From: an uncultured Bacteroidaceae bacterium
Lineage (GTDB): Bacteria; Bacteroidota; Bacteroidia; Bacteroidales; GCA-2748055
Assembly (NCBI GenBank): GCA_964454295.1
Contig: CAYVTV010000001.1
Span: 1,111-65,110 of the forward strand
Reading direction: 5' to 3'
DNA length: 64,000 nt
Positions 52,801-61,032 of this stretch are shown here, piece after piece. The notes under the pieces were generated by a model that made no database searches, was not told the origin of the DNA, and saw only the letters and a list, made by a program, of their open reading frames with translations. Position 1 is the first letter of the stretch. Every line of letters starts with the position of its first letter. Position numbers and translations under genes: made by a program.

Positions 52801-55495
52801 TATTGGAAGCCTGGTAAGTTATTCCGTTTCTGGAATACTGGTAAGGAGGTGTGCCACCTGAAGCGGTTACCGTTATAGTTCCGTTACCCTGACCATTGCA
52901 AACCACATCTGTTTTGGCGAGTGACATTTGTAACGGATCGGGTTCAGTTATTGTTGCCATCGGGGTATATGAGGCGATGCAGGAGTTGGCGTCGGTAATG
53001 GAGAGGTTATACTCTCCCGGTGCCAGGCCGGTGATATCTTTGTCCGGGGAGGTGAATCCGTCCGGTCCTGTCCATGAATAGGTATAAGGTGTGGTTCCAC
53101 CGGTAACATTTATATATACAGAGCCGTTTTTATCGCCATAGCAGGAAACGGACAGTTTTGAAGAGCCGTCAGTTGATGCTTCCAGCGGGTCGGGCTGGGT
53201 GATGGTGAGCGTTCCGGTGGTTTTCTGGGGGCAGGTGTTATCGTCGGTGACACTTACGGTATAGTCGCCCGGACCCCTTCCGGTAAATGTTCCCGAGGTA
53301 TTTGTAATGGCTGTGGGGTTTAGGGTATAGTGCAGGGTTCCTGTTCCCCCGTTTGCGGTAACACTGATTATCCCGTTGGCAGCTCCGTTGCAGGTGATAT
53401 GGGTCAGCGCGGGCGGGTTAAGGGTAATGTCGGGCGGGTTAACGATATTGATAGCCGGGGTGACAGCCGGTGCACATCCTTTGGTGTCGGTGACGGTAAT
53501 GGTATAGGAGCCTTCCGACAGCCCGGTAAAGTCGCCATCGGGCCTGGAGTCGGCACCCGGGTTGAGGGTATATGTCAGGGGAGCATTACCGCCGGAGGCG
53601 GTGACATGAATTTCACCGTTATTGAAATTGAAGCAGGTGATATCCGAGAAAGTGGTGCCGGTAATGGTTATGGGACCGGGCTGGGTGATGTTGAACGGAA
53701 TGCTTGCTACGGGTCCGCAGGAGTTGGCATCGGTAAGGCTAATGGTATAATTGCCGGGAGCGAGTCCGGTGAATAGTCCGTCGTCGTTGAACGTTCCCCC
53801 GGGGCTAAGGGTAAAGCGGTAAGGTGTTGTTCCCCCGGAAGCGGCAACGGTGATGGTTCCGTCGTTCACGCCAGAACAAGAGGCGTTGGTGGAAGTCTGC
53901 AGGGTATACTGGAGCGGGTCGGGCTGGGTGATGGTGAGCGTTCCGGTGGTTTTCTGGGGGCAGGTGTTATCGTCGGTGACACTTACGGTATAGTCGCCCG
54001 GACCCCTTCCGGTAAATGTTCCCGAGGTATTTGTAATGGCTGTGGGGTTTAGGGTATAGTGCAGGGTTCCTGTTCCCCCGTTTGCGGTAACACTGATTAT
54101 CCCGTTGGCAGCTCCGTTGCAGGTGATATGGGTCAGCGCGGGCGGGTTAAGGGTAATGTCGGGCGGGTTAACGATATTGATAGCCGGGGTGACAGCCGGT
54201 GCACATCCTTTGGTGTCGGTGACGGTAATGGTATAGGAGCCTTCCGACAGCCCGGTAAAGTCGCCATCGGGCCTGGAGTCGGCACCCGGGTTGAGGGTAT
54301 ATGTCAGGGGAGCATTACCGCCGGAGGCGGTGACATGAATTTCACCGTTATTGAAATTGAAGCAGGTGATATCCGAGAAAGTGGTGCCGGTAATGGTTAT
54401 GGGACCGGGCTGGGTGATGTTGAACGGAATGCTTGCTACGGGTCCGCAGGAGTTGGCATCGGTAAGGCTAATGGTATAATTGCCGGGAGCGAGTCCGGTG
54501 AATAGTCCGTCGTCGTTGAACGTTCCCCCGGGGCTAAGGGTAAAGCGGTAAGGTGTTGTTCCCCCGGAAGCGGCAACGGTGATGGTTCCGTCGTTCACGC
54601 CAGAACAAGAGGCGTTGGTGGAAGTCTGCAGCGTATACTGGAGCGGGTCGGGTTGTGTGATGGTCAGGGGAATGCTGGTAGCAGAAGGGCAGGTATTACC
54701 GTCGGTGACTTCAACCGTGTAGGTGTTGGGGCCAAGATCTGTAAAGTGACCGGTTTGATTGGATGTTCCACCCGGAGATATTATATATGTATAAGTGCCT
54801 GTCCCTCCTGATGCCCCGATAGTTATCGTTCCGTTATTCGCCCCGTTACAGGTGATATTGGTTTTGTTCTCCGAAGTAATACTTATCGGATCAGGATCAG
54901 TGAAAGTAAGTATATCGGTTGAGTCTTTACTCAGACAGCCTGTTGCATCTGAAACCACAACACGGTAGTTTCCCGGGCTGCGATCTTCAAATGATCCGGT
55001 AATAGTTGAAAGGCCGTCAGGTTTAAGCAGGAAATTATAACTACCGGACTCTCCTGATGCTGTAACATTAATTTTTCCGTCGGCAAAACCTGTACAACTT
55101 ATGGGGGTTAGAATAACAGATGTGATTTGAATGGGTGGCGGCTGACTAACCGTTCTGTTCCTGAAGTCATTCATTGAGTTATTATCCTCCACAATACATA
55201 AATATGTGCCGGCGGATACATCCGTGAACGTATAGACTGTATCACTTGTTTGCGGGGATGAACGAGGCACTCCTCCTTTAATAATATAATAATAATAAGG
55301 TTTTGCCCCTCCGGTGATTGAAAAGGTAACAGTTCCCGTTGCACTACCGTTACAATCGGCAGGAGTAGTAGTGACGTCGATAATTACAGGTTGAGAGAAC
55401 AGGGATGTACTAACCGGCGCAAGACTTATTACTAAGATCAGTTGAAAAAGCAGTTTCATTTTCAGTTTTTCAGATACAGAGGTGCTGTTAATCAA
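49832..55495 (-). CDS. Giant cell-surface protein with more than 20 SprB-type repeats and a gliding-motility-associated (T9SS type B) C-terminal domain
   Basis: 1887 aa with a signal peptide. It has reiterated C-x-G-x-x-(D/N)G-x-I-x-V-x-A-S-GG-T-x-P-Y modules. The C-terminal FSPNDDGINDFWDI...FNRWGEKLF...GTYYYV is the CHU_C/type B sorting domain. Confidence 0.9.
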   Translation of the reverse strand: MINSTSVSEKLKMKLLFQLILVISLAPVSTSLFSQPVIIDVTTTPADCNGSATGTVTFSITGGAKPYYYYIIKGGVPRSSPQTSDTVYTFTDVSAGTYLCIVEDNNSMNDFRNRTVSQPPPIQITSVILTPISCTGFADGKINVTASGESGSYNFLLKPDGLSTITGSFEDRSPGNYRVVVSDATGCLSKDSTDILTFTDPDPISITSENKTNITCNGANNGTITIGASGGTGTYTYIISPGGTSNQTGHFTDLGPNTYTVEVTDGNTCPSATSIPLTITQPDPLQYTLQTSTNASCSGVNDGTITVAASGGTTPYRFTLSPGGTFNDDGLFTGLAPGNYTISLTDANSCGPVASIPFNITQPGPITITGTTFSDITCFNFNNGEIHVTASGGNAPLTYTLNPGADSRPDGDFTGLSEGSYTITVTDTKGCAPAVTPAINIVNPPDITLNPPALTHITCNGAANGIISVTANGGTGTLHYTLNPTAITNTSGTFTGRGPGDYTVSVTDDNTCPQKTTGTLTITQPDPLQYTLQTSTNASCSGVNDGTITVAASGGTTPYRFTLSPGGTFNDDGLFTGLAPGNYTISLTDANSCGPVASIPFNITQPGPITITGTTFSDITCFNFNNGEIHVTASGGNAPLTYTLNPGADSRPDGDFTGLSEGSYTITVTDTKGCAPAVTPAINIVNPPDITLNPPALTHITCNGAANGIISVTANGGTGTLHYTLNPTAITNTSGTFTGRGPGDYTVSVTDDNTCPQKTTGTLTITQPDPLEASTDGSSKLSVSCYGDKNGSVYINVTGGTTPYTYSWTGPDGFTSPDKDITGLAPGEYNLSITDANSCIASYTPMATITEPDPLQMSLAKTDVVCNGQGNGTITVTASGGTPPYQYSRNGITYQASNIFNNLSKNTYTVYVRDNNSCIKTDVITIDEPDKLLITSEIRIDGNLCHGDTMGEIRILNVNGGVTPYQYSIDGGLTWSSSPIFNNLPAGSYQTVVKDFNECMATGNLNNISQPSPIRIDDYAQTDVTVCYTSLNGQIVIEASGGTGSKSYSLDEGIPNTTGIFTGVSGGNHTITISDENNCINDTVVYINHPAPLIFTSFTVTDVTGCTGDSTGAVSAVASGGTGSIVYRINGGTFQADSTFTGLAAGNHTLTIMDDNNCIKDSIFNISEPDPLVISSLTKEDISCSGDDNGTITVIAAGGTSPYTFTLNPSAEFNNDGLFTALAQGTYTVSITDNEGCGPVESSPVTINEPALLSIDSVRWTDISCTGDANGTISIYASGGTPTFTYSIDNGVSFLPGSDFSNIGPGTYTPLVKDNSACEAVDAPVVLTDPAPLTPVAEASTDVTDCFGNLNGSLAYEVSGGTGAIQYSYDGISWQADGIFTGMGGGTYIVTAKDANNCTLNSGEVTINQPDQITATITGTPWYNEFKQGSITISNVAGGTGSYEFSINGMAGPFTSQTSYTGLEAGIYDVIVRDGNNCTYIQPVTISSVPSLDVTLSITASTCNGYDDAVILITVNDATGPVEYSIDDSLTWHANNEFAGLAPGTYYIAVKEESGRYFTDIVSVYEPLPLDILSDITSATCNRYSPDGEVIITVTGGTGTMSYQWADGPVTKDRSGLDAGSYTLTVTDQNGCETTEIITMPAKTNVTASAGADTIVCEGSTIILDGQGGSIFSWSPAEGLSNPGIPNPAVTVTSEVSYILTAVGTNDCYDTDTITIGIYPKLGLSAGNDTTVIKNNPVNLNATGGPYVSYQWNPATGLDNTITPDPVAAPPASQTYVVTAVDEHGCVENDTVTITIIENIVIYSSFSPNDDGINDFWDIDNAEYYPDILVEVFNRWGEKLFSSKGYTAGKRWDGYHKGKKVPIGTYYYVVIPYKGASALTGPLTIIR
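53184..54641. repeat. Near-perfect 729-bp tandem duplication (2 x 243 codons) inside the giant adhesin gene
   Basis: The sequence from 53184 recurs at 53913 (offset 729). I saw one difference, near 54633 (agggtatac vs agcgtatac). The protein segment TITQPDPLQYTLQTST...TGTLTITQPDPL occurs twice in the ORF translation. Confidence 0.9.
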
Positions 55496-55660
55496 ATAAA
55501 TATACGGGTTAAAATAAAAATAGGTTGCATAGTTTGTAAAATCTTTGACGAAAAATCACACACTACATTATGTAATATTATTACATCTTCAAGAAAATCA
55601 AAGGAATAAAGGTATTTTGAAATGTTATTAAAAAAAACAGGTAAATGATGATTTCCGGCA

Positions 55661-56872
55661 CTATTTATTAACAATTATGCGTTTTACCGGGTAATAAGCA
55701 GTCAGGAAACCGATAGCCAGTACTGTCAGCCAGATAAGAAAGATGTCGGGTAAGTGGATATCTACGGGGTAAGCGTCAATAACAAAAGATCCGCTTCCTC
55801 CCAGTTTAACGGGTTCAAATTTTTCCTGGATAAAGCAGATTATCAGGCCCAGGATGAGTCCTGTTGTGGAGCCGGTAATGGAGATAAGCCATCCTTCCAC
55901 CAGGAATATTTTTCTGATAAGAGAGTTATTGGCCCCAAGGTTACGAAGTGTGGTGATATCGTTTTTCTTGTCGATGATAAGCATTGACAGGGAAGCTATT
56001 ATGTTGAAGGATGCTATTAGCAGAATGAGAATGAGGATAAAGAATATAGCCCATTTTTCAGATTTCATGATACGGTAAAACAGTTCATTCTGCTGATAGC
56101 GGGTAAGCACATTGAAGTTTTCGCCGGTAATACTACTGATGGTTGTCTGCAGTGATTTTTTATCCATTCTGTTATCCAGTTTAACTTCCAGGGCTGTGAC
56201 TTCAGCAGGGTATTCCATCAGGTTTCTGAGTACCTCCAGGGGAAGAATTATATATTTTGAATCGTAATCCTGTTCTATGCCAAAAATACCTGAAGGCCAG
56301 ATCAGGTAGCGATTGAAGGAGGCCAGTGGGTTTGCCGGGTTTACCCGGCCTGTTCTTTTGGGCATATGGATTATCAGAGGACTAGTTAATGTAAGTCCTA
56401 CTTTCAGAAACCATGCCACTCCCTGTCCTAATACTGCCATGGCAACATTTTCCTTATAGAGAAGGAAATTTCCGTCAACGATCATAGTATCGATACCGTT
56501 CACATAAACATATGCTGAATCAACTCCTTTTAGGGTAGCGATATATTGTCGTTCATCATAGCGTATAAGGGCATTTTCTTCGAGGACTTCGGATATGGCA
56601 ACTACTCCGGGGATTTCAAGAATTTTATCTTTCCCTGCATCGGCAGGGTGGAACACCTTTCCTTCCTTAACAGTAATTTTAATATCGGGATCGAAAGAAC
56701 TGATAAGGGATTTGATCAGTCCGTCGAAACCATTGAAGACAGAGAGCACGACTACTAGCGCCATGGTTCCGGTAGCCACACCCAATATGGATACCAGTGA
56801 GATGATATTTATAGCATTCCGGCTTTTTCTGGATGCCAGGTATCGTTTGGCTATATAAAAGGGGAAGTGCAT
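55661..56872 (-). CDS. FtsX-like ABC transporter permease (LolC/E-type)
   Basis: 403 aa. Begins FPFYIAKRYLASRKSRNAINIIS, followed by a large periplasmic loop and C-terminal FtsX TM helices. Confidence 0.85.
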   Translation of the reverse strand: MHFPFYIAKRYLASRKSRNAINIISLVSILGVATGTMALVVVLSVFNGFDGLIKSLISSFDPDIKITVKEGKVFHPADAGKDKILEIPGVVAISEVLEENALIRYDERQYIATLKGVDSAYVYVNGIDTMIVDGNFLLYKENVAMAVLGQGVAWFLKVGLTLTSPLIIHMPKRTGRVNPANPLASFNRYLIWPSGIFGIEQDYDSKYIILPLEVLRNLMEYPAEVTALEVKLDNRMDKKSLQTTISSITGENFNVLTRYQQNELFYRIMKSEKWAIFFILILILLIASFNIIASLSMLIIDKKNDITTLRNLGANNSLIRKIFLVEGWLISITGSTTGLILGLIICFIQEKFEPVKLGGSGSFVIDAYPVDIHLPDIFLIWLTVLAIGFLTAYYPVKRIIVNK

Positions 56873-56877
56873 TTGCC

Positions 56878-57687
56878 TTATTTTATGGCTTTTACAATAA
56901 GTCCTGTTCCTGATCTATGAGTTATCAGTACATCTGCCAGATTCAACAAAAGGCAGAACGGAAATACAAATATATAGTAAAAGGGAAGAACAAGGTAAAA
57001 GAAAGGTGAGATGTTCAGCATAGTAACCGGATATTTCATTGAGAGTTTCCAGGATAAGTTTCCCGGTTTTCCATAGGTAAAGCGGGATTGGATATTCTGA
57101 AAACCTGCTTCGGCAAGTTTATTTTCCATATCATTCATATTATACCCGTTCCTAACATGTTCTTCAATGAAAGACAGGTCTCCCTCCTCATGTACATCGG
57201 ATCCTCCCTGGTCAGAAGGAGTAGAGATAAGCAATATCCCTCCTTCTTTTAATGAGTTGCAGAAATTATGAAATACGGCATGGTCGTCTTCAATATGTTC
57301 CATCACGTCAACGGATAAGATCAGGTTAAATCTGCCGGGATCCTGAAAACGGGTAAGATCGGCTTTCATGAACGACATTTTACCCGATAATCCGCTGGCT
57401 ATGGCAAATGCGTTACAGTCATCCACCTGTTCTTCCTTGATGTCAACACCTGTAACGGTTCCATTTCTGAACTTACGGGCCATGTACCAGGAATATTGTC
57501 CAAAACCTGATCCGGCATCGAGGATTTCCGGTGAGGAGGATAATACAGATATCATGGAACGTATTTCTTTCCTGATATGCCAGCTTCTTAACAACAGTAC
57601 ATTCAGCAGGTTATAAAACAATATACGCAACAAAGGATGAGTGTTGAATATTTTTCCCAGGCGTTGTTTTATCGGATCATAATGCAT
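56878..57687 (-). CDS. Class I SAM-dependent methyltransferase with a C-terminal TM tail
   Basis: Motif I (ILDAGSGFGQYS) and motif II (LILSVDVMEH). Confidence 0.8.
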   Translation of the reverse strand: MHYDPIKQRLGKIFNTHPLLRILFYNLLNVLLLRSWHIRKEIRSMISVLSSSPEILDAGSGFGQYSWYMARKFRNGTVTGVDIKEEQVDDCNAFAIASGLSGKMSFMKADLTRFQDPGRFNLILSVDVMEHIEDDHAVFHNFCNSLKEGGILLISTPSDQGGSDVHEEGDLSFIEEHVRNGYNMNDMENKLAEAGFQNIQSRFTYGKPGNLSWKLSMKYPVTMLNISPFFYLVLPFYYIFVFPFCLLLNLADVLITHRSGTGLIVKAIK

Positions 57688-57693
57688 ACAACA

Positions 57694-58035
57694 CTATTTC
57701 AGCAGGTTATCAATTTTTTCGATATAATCGAGGCTGTCGTCGATGAAGAAAGATAATTCGGGTATAATTCTAAGCTGGTTTTTAACCTGTGAACCCAAAG
57801 AGTGCCTGATGGTGCCTGAATGTTCCTTAATGATCTGCAGTATGTTTTCACCGGGTTTAACGGGAAAGATGCTGAGGTAGATCTTTGCCACACTCAGATC
57901 GGGACTTATTCTTACCACGGTAACCGTGATGATCTTGTTGCCGAAAAGAGTGCTGTTCCTTTGAAAATAGCTTCCCAGTTCTTTCTGCAGGAGTCTTGAT
58001 ACTTTACGTTGTCTTGTTGTTTCAGTAAAATCCAT
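57694..58035 (-). CDS. rbfA: Ribosome-binding factor A
   Basis: 113 aa. RQRKVSRLLQKELGSYF...TVTVVRISPDLSVAKIYLS matches the RbfA pattern. Confidence 0.88.
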   Translation of the reverse strand: MDFTETTRQRKVSRLLQKELGSYFQRNSTLFGNKIITVTVVRISPDLSVAKIYLSIFPVKPGENILQIIKEHSGTIRHSLGSQVKNQLRIIPELSFFIDDSLDYIEKIDNLLK

Positions 58036-58055
58036 TGTGATATATTAAAATAAAT

Positions 58056-58180
58056 GCACCTCGAAAAACCTCCAACTTCTGGGTTATACAAAATTTGTAA
58101 AGTCCTCATTCCGACGAAAATTGTCGGAACTCCGGCTTTACAAATTTTGCAAGCCTTGAATTTGGAGTTTTTAGAGGTGC
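58056..58180. repeat. 125-nt imperfect inverted repeat with a nested central hairpin
   Basis: gcacctcgaaaaacctccaacttc...caaaatttgtaaag pairs with ctttacaaattttg...gaatttggagtttttagaggtgc. The central hairpin is ttccgac-gaaaatt-gtcggaa. Confidence 0.7.
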
Positions 58181-58242
58181 CCTTAATAAGGAAAGATGTA
58201 AAATTAAGATTTTTACGGAACATTTTATAGTTTTGTACTTTG

Positions 58243-58331
58243 CATCCGGAAGTTCGTATAAATAAAAATTAAACGCAAAGGCAAATCTGCGCCTTTGCAC
58301 CTTTGCGTTTTTTTAATTTAACGAACTATTA
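58243..58331. mobile_element. Family-2 element, copy Z (internally shortened, reverse orientation)
   Basis: The reverse complement reads taatagttcgttaaattaaaaaaacgcaaaggtgcaaaggcgca..., matching the first ~45 nt of copy Y. The remainder folds as aaacgcaaagg...cctttgcgttt. Confidence 0.65.
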
Positions 58332-58532
58332 GTAACTACTCAGGTATTTAGGCTATAGGTATTTAGGCTTTAGGAATATAGTTGCATGTAATAAATGGCT
58401 TGTTTAAACTTCCGAAGAGACATACTTGATAAGAAAATATTGAACAAGAAAAAGTGTCAGGCGTCTGGACCAGATTTTGTAACGGCATTCTAAAAGCCTT
58501 CAGTCTTCAGTCTAAATAACCTGAATAGTTAC
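58332..58532. mobile_element. MITE-like element W (~200 bp) with ~23-bp terminal inverted repeats
   Basis: The left end gtaactactcaggtatttaggct (58332-54) pairs with the right end agtctaaataacctgaatagttac (58509-32), with 21 of 24 positions complementary. It directly abuts copy Z. Confidence 0.55.
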
Positions 58533-58558
58533 AACAATTAAAATAAAATATATTATAC

Positions 58559-59551
58559 ATGGAAACAGTTTTAAGCGGGATACGATCGACAGGGAACCTT
58601 CACCTGGGTAATTATTTTGGTGCCGTAAGGAATTTTGTGAAGATGCAGGAAGAATACAACTGCTTTTTTTTCATTGCGGATTTTCATTCACTGACAACAC
58701 ATCCAAAGCCGGGGGATCTGCATACCAATGTAAGGCAGGTTCTTGCTGAATATCTTGCTGCCGGGCTTGATCCGGAGAAAGCTACCATTTATATTCAGAG
58801 TGATGTGCCTGAGATACCCGAATTATACCTGCTTCTTAATATGAATGCTTATGTGGGGGAGTTGGAGCGCACAACCACATTTAAGGAGAAGATAAGATCG
58901 CAGCCGGACAATGTTAATGCCGGGCTTCTGACTTACCCTGTGTTAATGGCTGCTGATATAATTATTCATAATTCACATAAAGTACCGGTGGGTAAGGACC
59001 AGGAGCAGAATCTCGAAATGGCGAGGCGTTTTGCGCGGCGGTTCAATACCATTTACGGGACAGAATATTTCAATCTGCCTGAACCTTTTAACTTCGGTAA
59101 GGAGCTGGTTAAGGTTCCGGGGCTTGACGGTACCGGTAAGATGGGCAAATCGGAGGGGAATGGTATTTACCTTGTGGACAGTCCTGCCGATATAAGGAAG
59201 AAAGTGATGAGAGCCGTAACAGATGCGGGACCTGAAAAGCCAAAGCAGAAAATGTCGGAGCCGGTGCGTAATCTTTTTTATATCATGGAACTGATGTCGG
59301 ATGAATCCACATACCGGCATTTCCGTGAACTTTACAATAACTGCCAGATACGTTACGGCGACATGAAGAAGCAGTTGGCAGAGGATATTATTAAATTTAC
59401 CACTCCGCTACGGGAAAATATCCTGGATATTGTCAATAATGAGGAATATCTGTCAAAAGTGGCAAAAATGGGTGCGGAAAAAGCGCGTGCCAGTGCAGGG
59501 AAGACACTAAGGGAGGTGAGGGAGATCATTGGGTTCAGGCGTTTTTTCTGA
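58559..59551 (+). CDS. trpS: Tryptophan--tRNA ligase
   Basis: SGIRSTGNLHLGNYFGA (HIGH-like), GKDQEQNLE and KMGKS motifs. Confidence 0.95.
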   Translation: METVLSGIRSTGNLHLGNYFGAVRNFVKMQEEYNCFFFIADFHSLTTHPKPGDLHTNVRQVLAEYLAAGLDPEKATIYIQSDVPEIPELYLLLNMNAYVGELERTTTFKEKIRSQPDNVNAGLLTYPVLMAADIIIHNSHKVPVGKDQEQNLEMARRFARRFNTIYGTEYFNLPEPFNFGKELVKVPGLDGTGKMGKSEGNGIYLVDSPADIRKKVMRAVTDAGPEKPKQKMSEPVRNLFYIMELMSDESTYRHFRELYNNCQIRYGDMKKQLAEDIIKFTTPLRENILDIVNNEEYLSKVAKMGAEKARASAGKTLREVREIIGFRRFF

Positions 59552-59953
59552 TCACTTCATATAATCAGACACCCTTTGTTCACCCATGTACTGCCTGAAT
59601 TCTTCTGTCATCCTGTTCAATAAGTTATTCATGATGCATTTATCGAAAGGACATATCTGCTTATCCATGGGACAGGAGGGGATATTTATGGTCCCTTCAA
59701 TGGCTTCATAGATATTCAGAAAACTGATTTTTTCAGGCGGTTTGTGGAGGGAAAATCCACCTGCAGGCCCCCGCAGTGAATTTATATATCCTTCCTTGAC
59801 AAGTCTTTGCATAACTTTAGCCGTATGATGCCTCGAAGTTCCTGTCAACTCAGAGATCTGCACTACACTGAGAGGCTTCTGTGACCTGGCGATGAGAATA
59901 ATCCCATGAATGGCAATGGATGCTGCTTCGGAGAGGGAGATTATTTTTGACAT
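59552..59953 (-). CDS. Rrf2-family transcriptional regulator
   Basis: The N-terminal wHTH (AASIAIHGIILIARSQKPLSVVQISELTGTSRHHTAKVMQRLVKEGYI) and a C-terminal Cys pair fit Rrf2. Confidence 0.88.
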   Translation of the reverse strand: MSKIISLSEAASIAIHGIILIARSQKPLSVVQISELTGTSRHHTAKVMQRLVKEGYINSLRGPAGGFSLHKPPEKISFLNIYEAIEGTINIPSCPMDKQICPFDKCIMNNLLNRMTEEFRQYMGEQRVSDYMK

Positions 59954-59954
59954 T

Positions 59955-60074
59955 GATTGAGTGGTTGAGTGGTTGAGTGAATGAGTAAATGAGTAAATGA
60001 GTAATTGAGTAAATGAGTAAATGAGTAAATGAGTAAATGAGTAAATGAGTATATGAGTAAATGATTACGTAAAT
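59955..60074. repeat. 15-unit octamer tandem array (GGTTGAGT -> AAATGAGT -> ACGTAAAT) abutting the Rrf2 start codon
   Basis: gattgagt ggttgagt ggttgagt gaatgagt (aaatgagt)n aattgagt ... atatgagt aaatgatt acgtaaat. The array begins 2 nt upstream of the Rrf2 ATG (minus strand). Confidence 0.9.
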
Positions 60075-60081
60075 ATAGGGA

Positions 60082-60288
60082 TTAAATTTTTTGTACCCAT
60101 CTTTCAGTCAATATTTTTCCTGAAATGGAGATAACGATTTCTTTTACAGGGAGGTTGACAGTGGAATTTTGCTGAGCAAGTCTTACCATCTGCAGGAGAC
60201 CGCCACAGCAGGGGACTTCCATGCGTATAACGGTGAGGGTGTTAATTCTTGTTTCTTCGATGAGTTTCTTTTTGCATCCCATTATCAT
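60082..60288 (-). CDS. Small Cys-containing hypothetical protein (possibly the C-terminal remnant of an Fe-S protein)
   Basis: 68-aa ORF with MEVPCCGGL. Its start overlaps the ung stop (ATGA). I cannot assign a family with confidence. Confidence 0.3.
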   Translation of the reverse strand: MIMGCKKKLIEETRINTLTVIRMEVPCCGGLLQMVRLAQQNSTVNLPVKEIVISISGKILTERWVQKI

Positions 60289-60965
60289 TCAACATTCCAC
60301 TCAACCGGATCCAATCCGTTTTCTTCCAGGTATTTATTTGCAAGAGAGAAGTGTTTACACCCGAAAAATCCGTTAAAGGCGGAAAGTGGTGAAGGGTGGG
60401 CGGCCTGAAGAATGAGATGTTTAGATTGATCTATCAGATTTTTTTTAGCCCTGGCGAAATTTCCCCAGAGGAGGAAGACCACGTTTTTTTTCTGTTCTGA
60501 GATTTTTCTTATCACTGCATCGGTGAACTGTTCCCATCCCTTACCCTGGTGTGAGCCGGCCTGGTTTGCCCTTACAGTCAGGGTGGCATTAAGGAGGAAC
60601 ACTCCCTGTTCCGTCCATTTTTCGAGGTTCCCGTGATTTGGTATGGCGATACTCAGGTCGTTATTCAGTTCCTTAAAAATATTTACAAGCGAAGGTGGGG
60701 GGGTAATGCCTGCTGGAACAGAAAAACATAAGCCATGGGCTTGTCCGGGACCGTGATAAGGATCCTGGCCGAGGATTACTACTTTAACATTATCAAAAGG
60801 TGTTTTGTCGAATGCATTAAATATAAGGTTTCCCGGAGGATATATGATATGTTGTTTTTTTTCCTTTACAAGGAATTCTTTAAGTGATGTAAAGTAGGGA
60901 GCATCAAATTCTTCAATAAGAATTTCTTTCCACGAAGGGTGGATTTTAGGATCAACTTTCTGCAT
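60285..60965 (-). CDS. ung: Uracil-DNA glycosylase (family 1)
   Basis: [22 protein letters not shown] and HPSPLSA motifs. Confidence 0.95.
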   Translation of the reverse strand: MQKVDPKIHPSWKEILIEEFDAPYFTSLKEFLVKEKKQHIIYPPGNLIFNAFDKTPFDNVKVVILGQDPYHGPGQAHGLCFSVPAGITPPPSLVNIFKELNNDLSIAIPNHGNLEKWTEQGVFLLNATLTVRANQAGSHQGKGWEQFTDAVIRKISEQKKNVVFLLWGNFARAKKNLIDQSKHLILQAAHPSPLSAFNGFFGCKHFSLANKYLEENGLDPVEWNVE

Positions 60966-61032
60966 CTGATTATATTCGGGGTTAAGTTTATAAAAATCAG
61001 TGAAATAAAATTTCCAGGTAGTACATGTAAAG

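Noticed and set aside
53330-54505. Two identical 148-aa plus-strand ORFs (53330..53776 and 54059..54505)
   Set aside because: They are antisense to the 1887-aa adhesin CDS and duplicated only because of the 729-bp tandem repeat. Their Gly-rich, low-complexity translations are typical of antisense frames.
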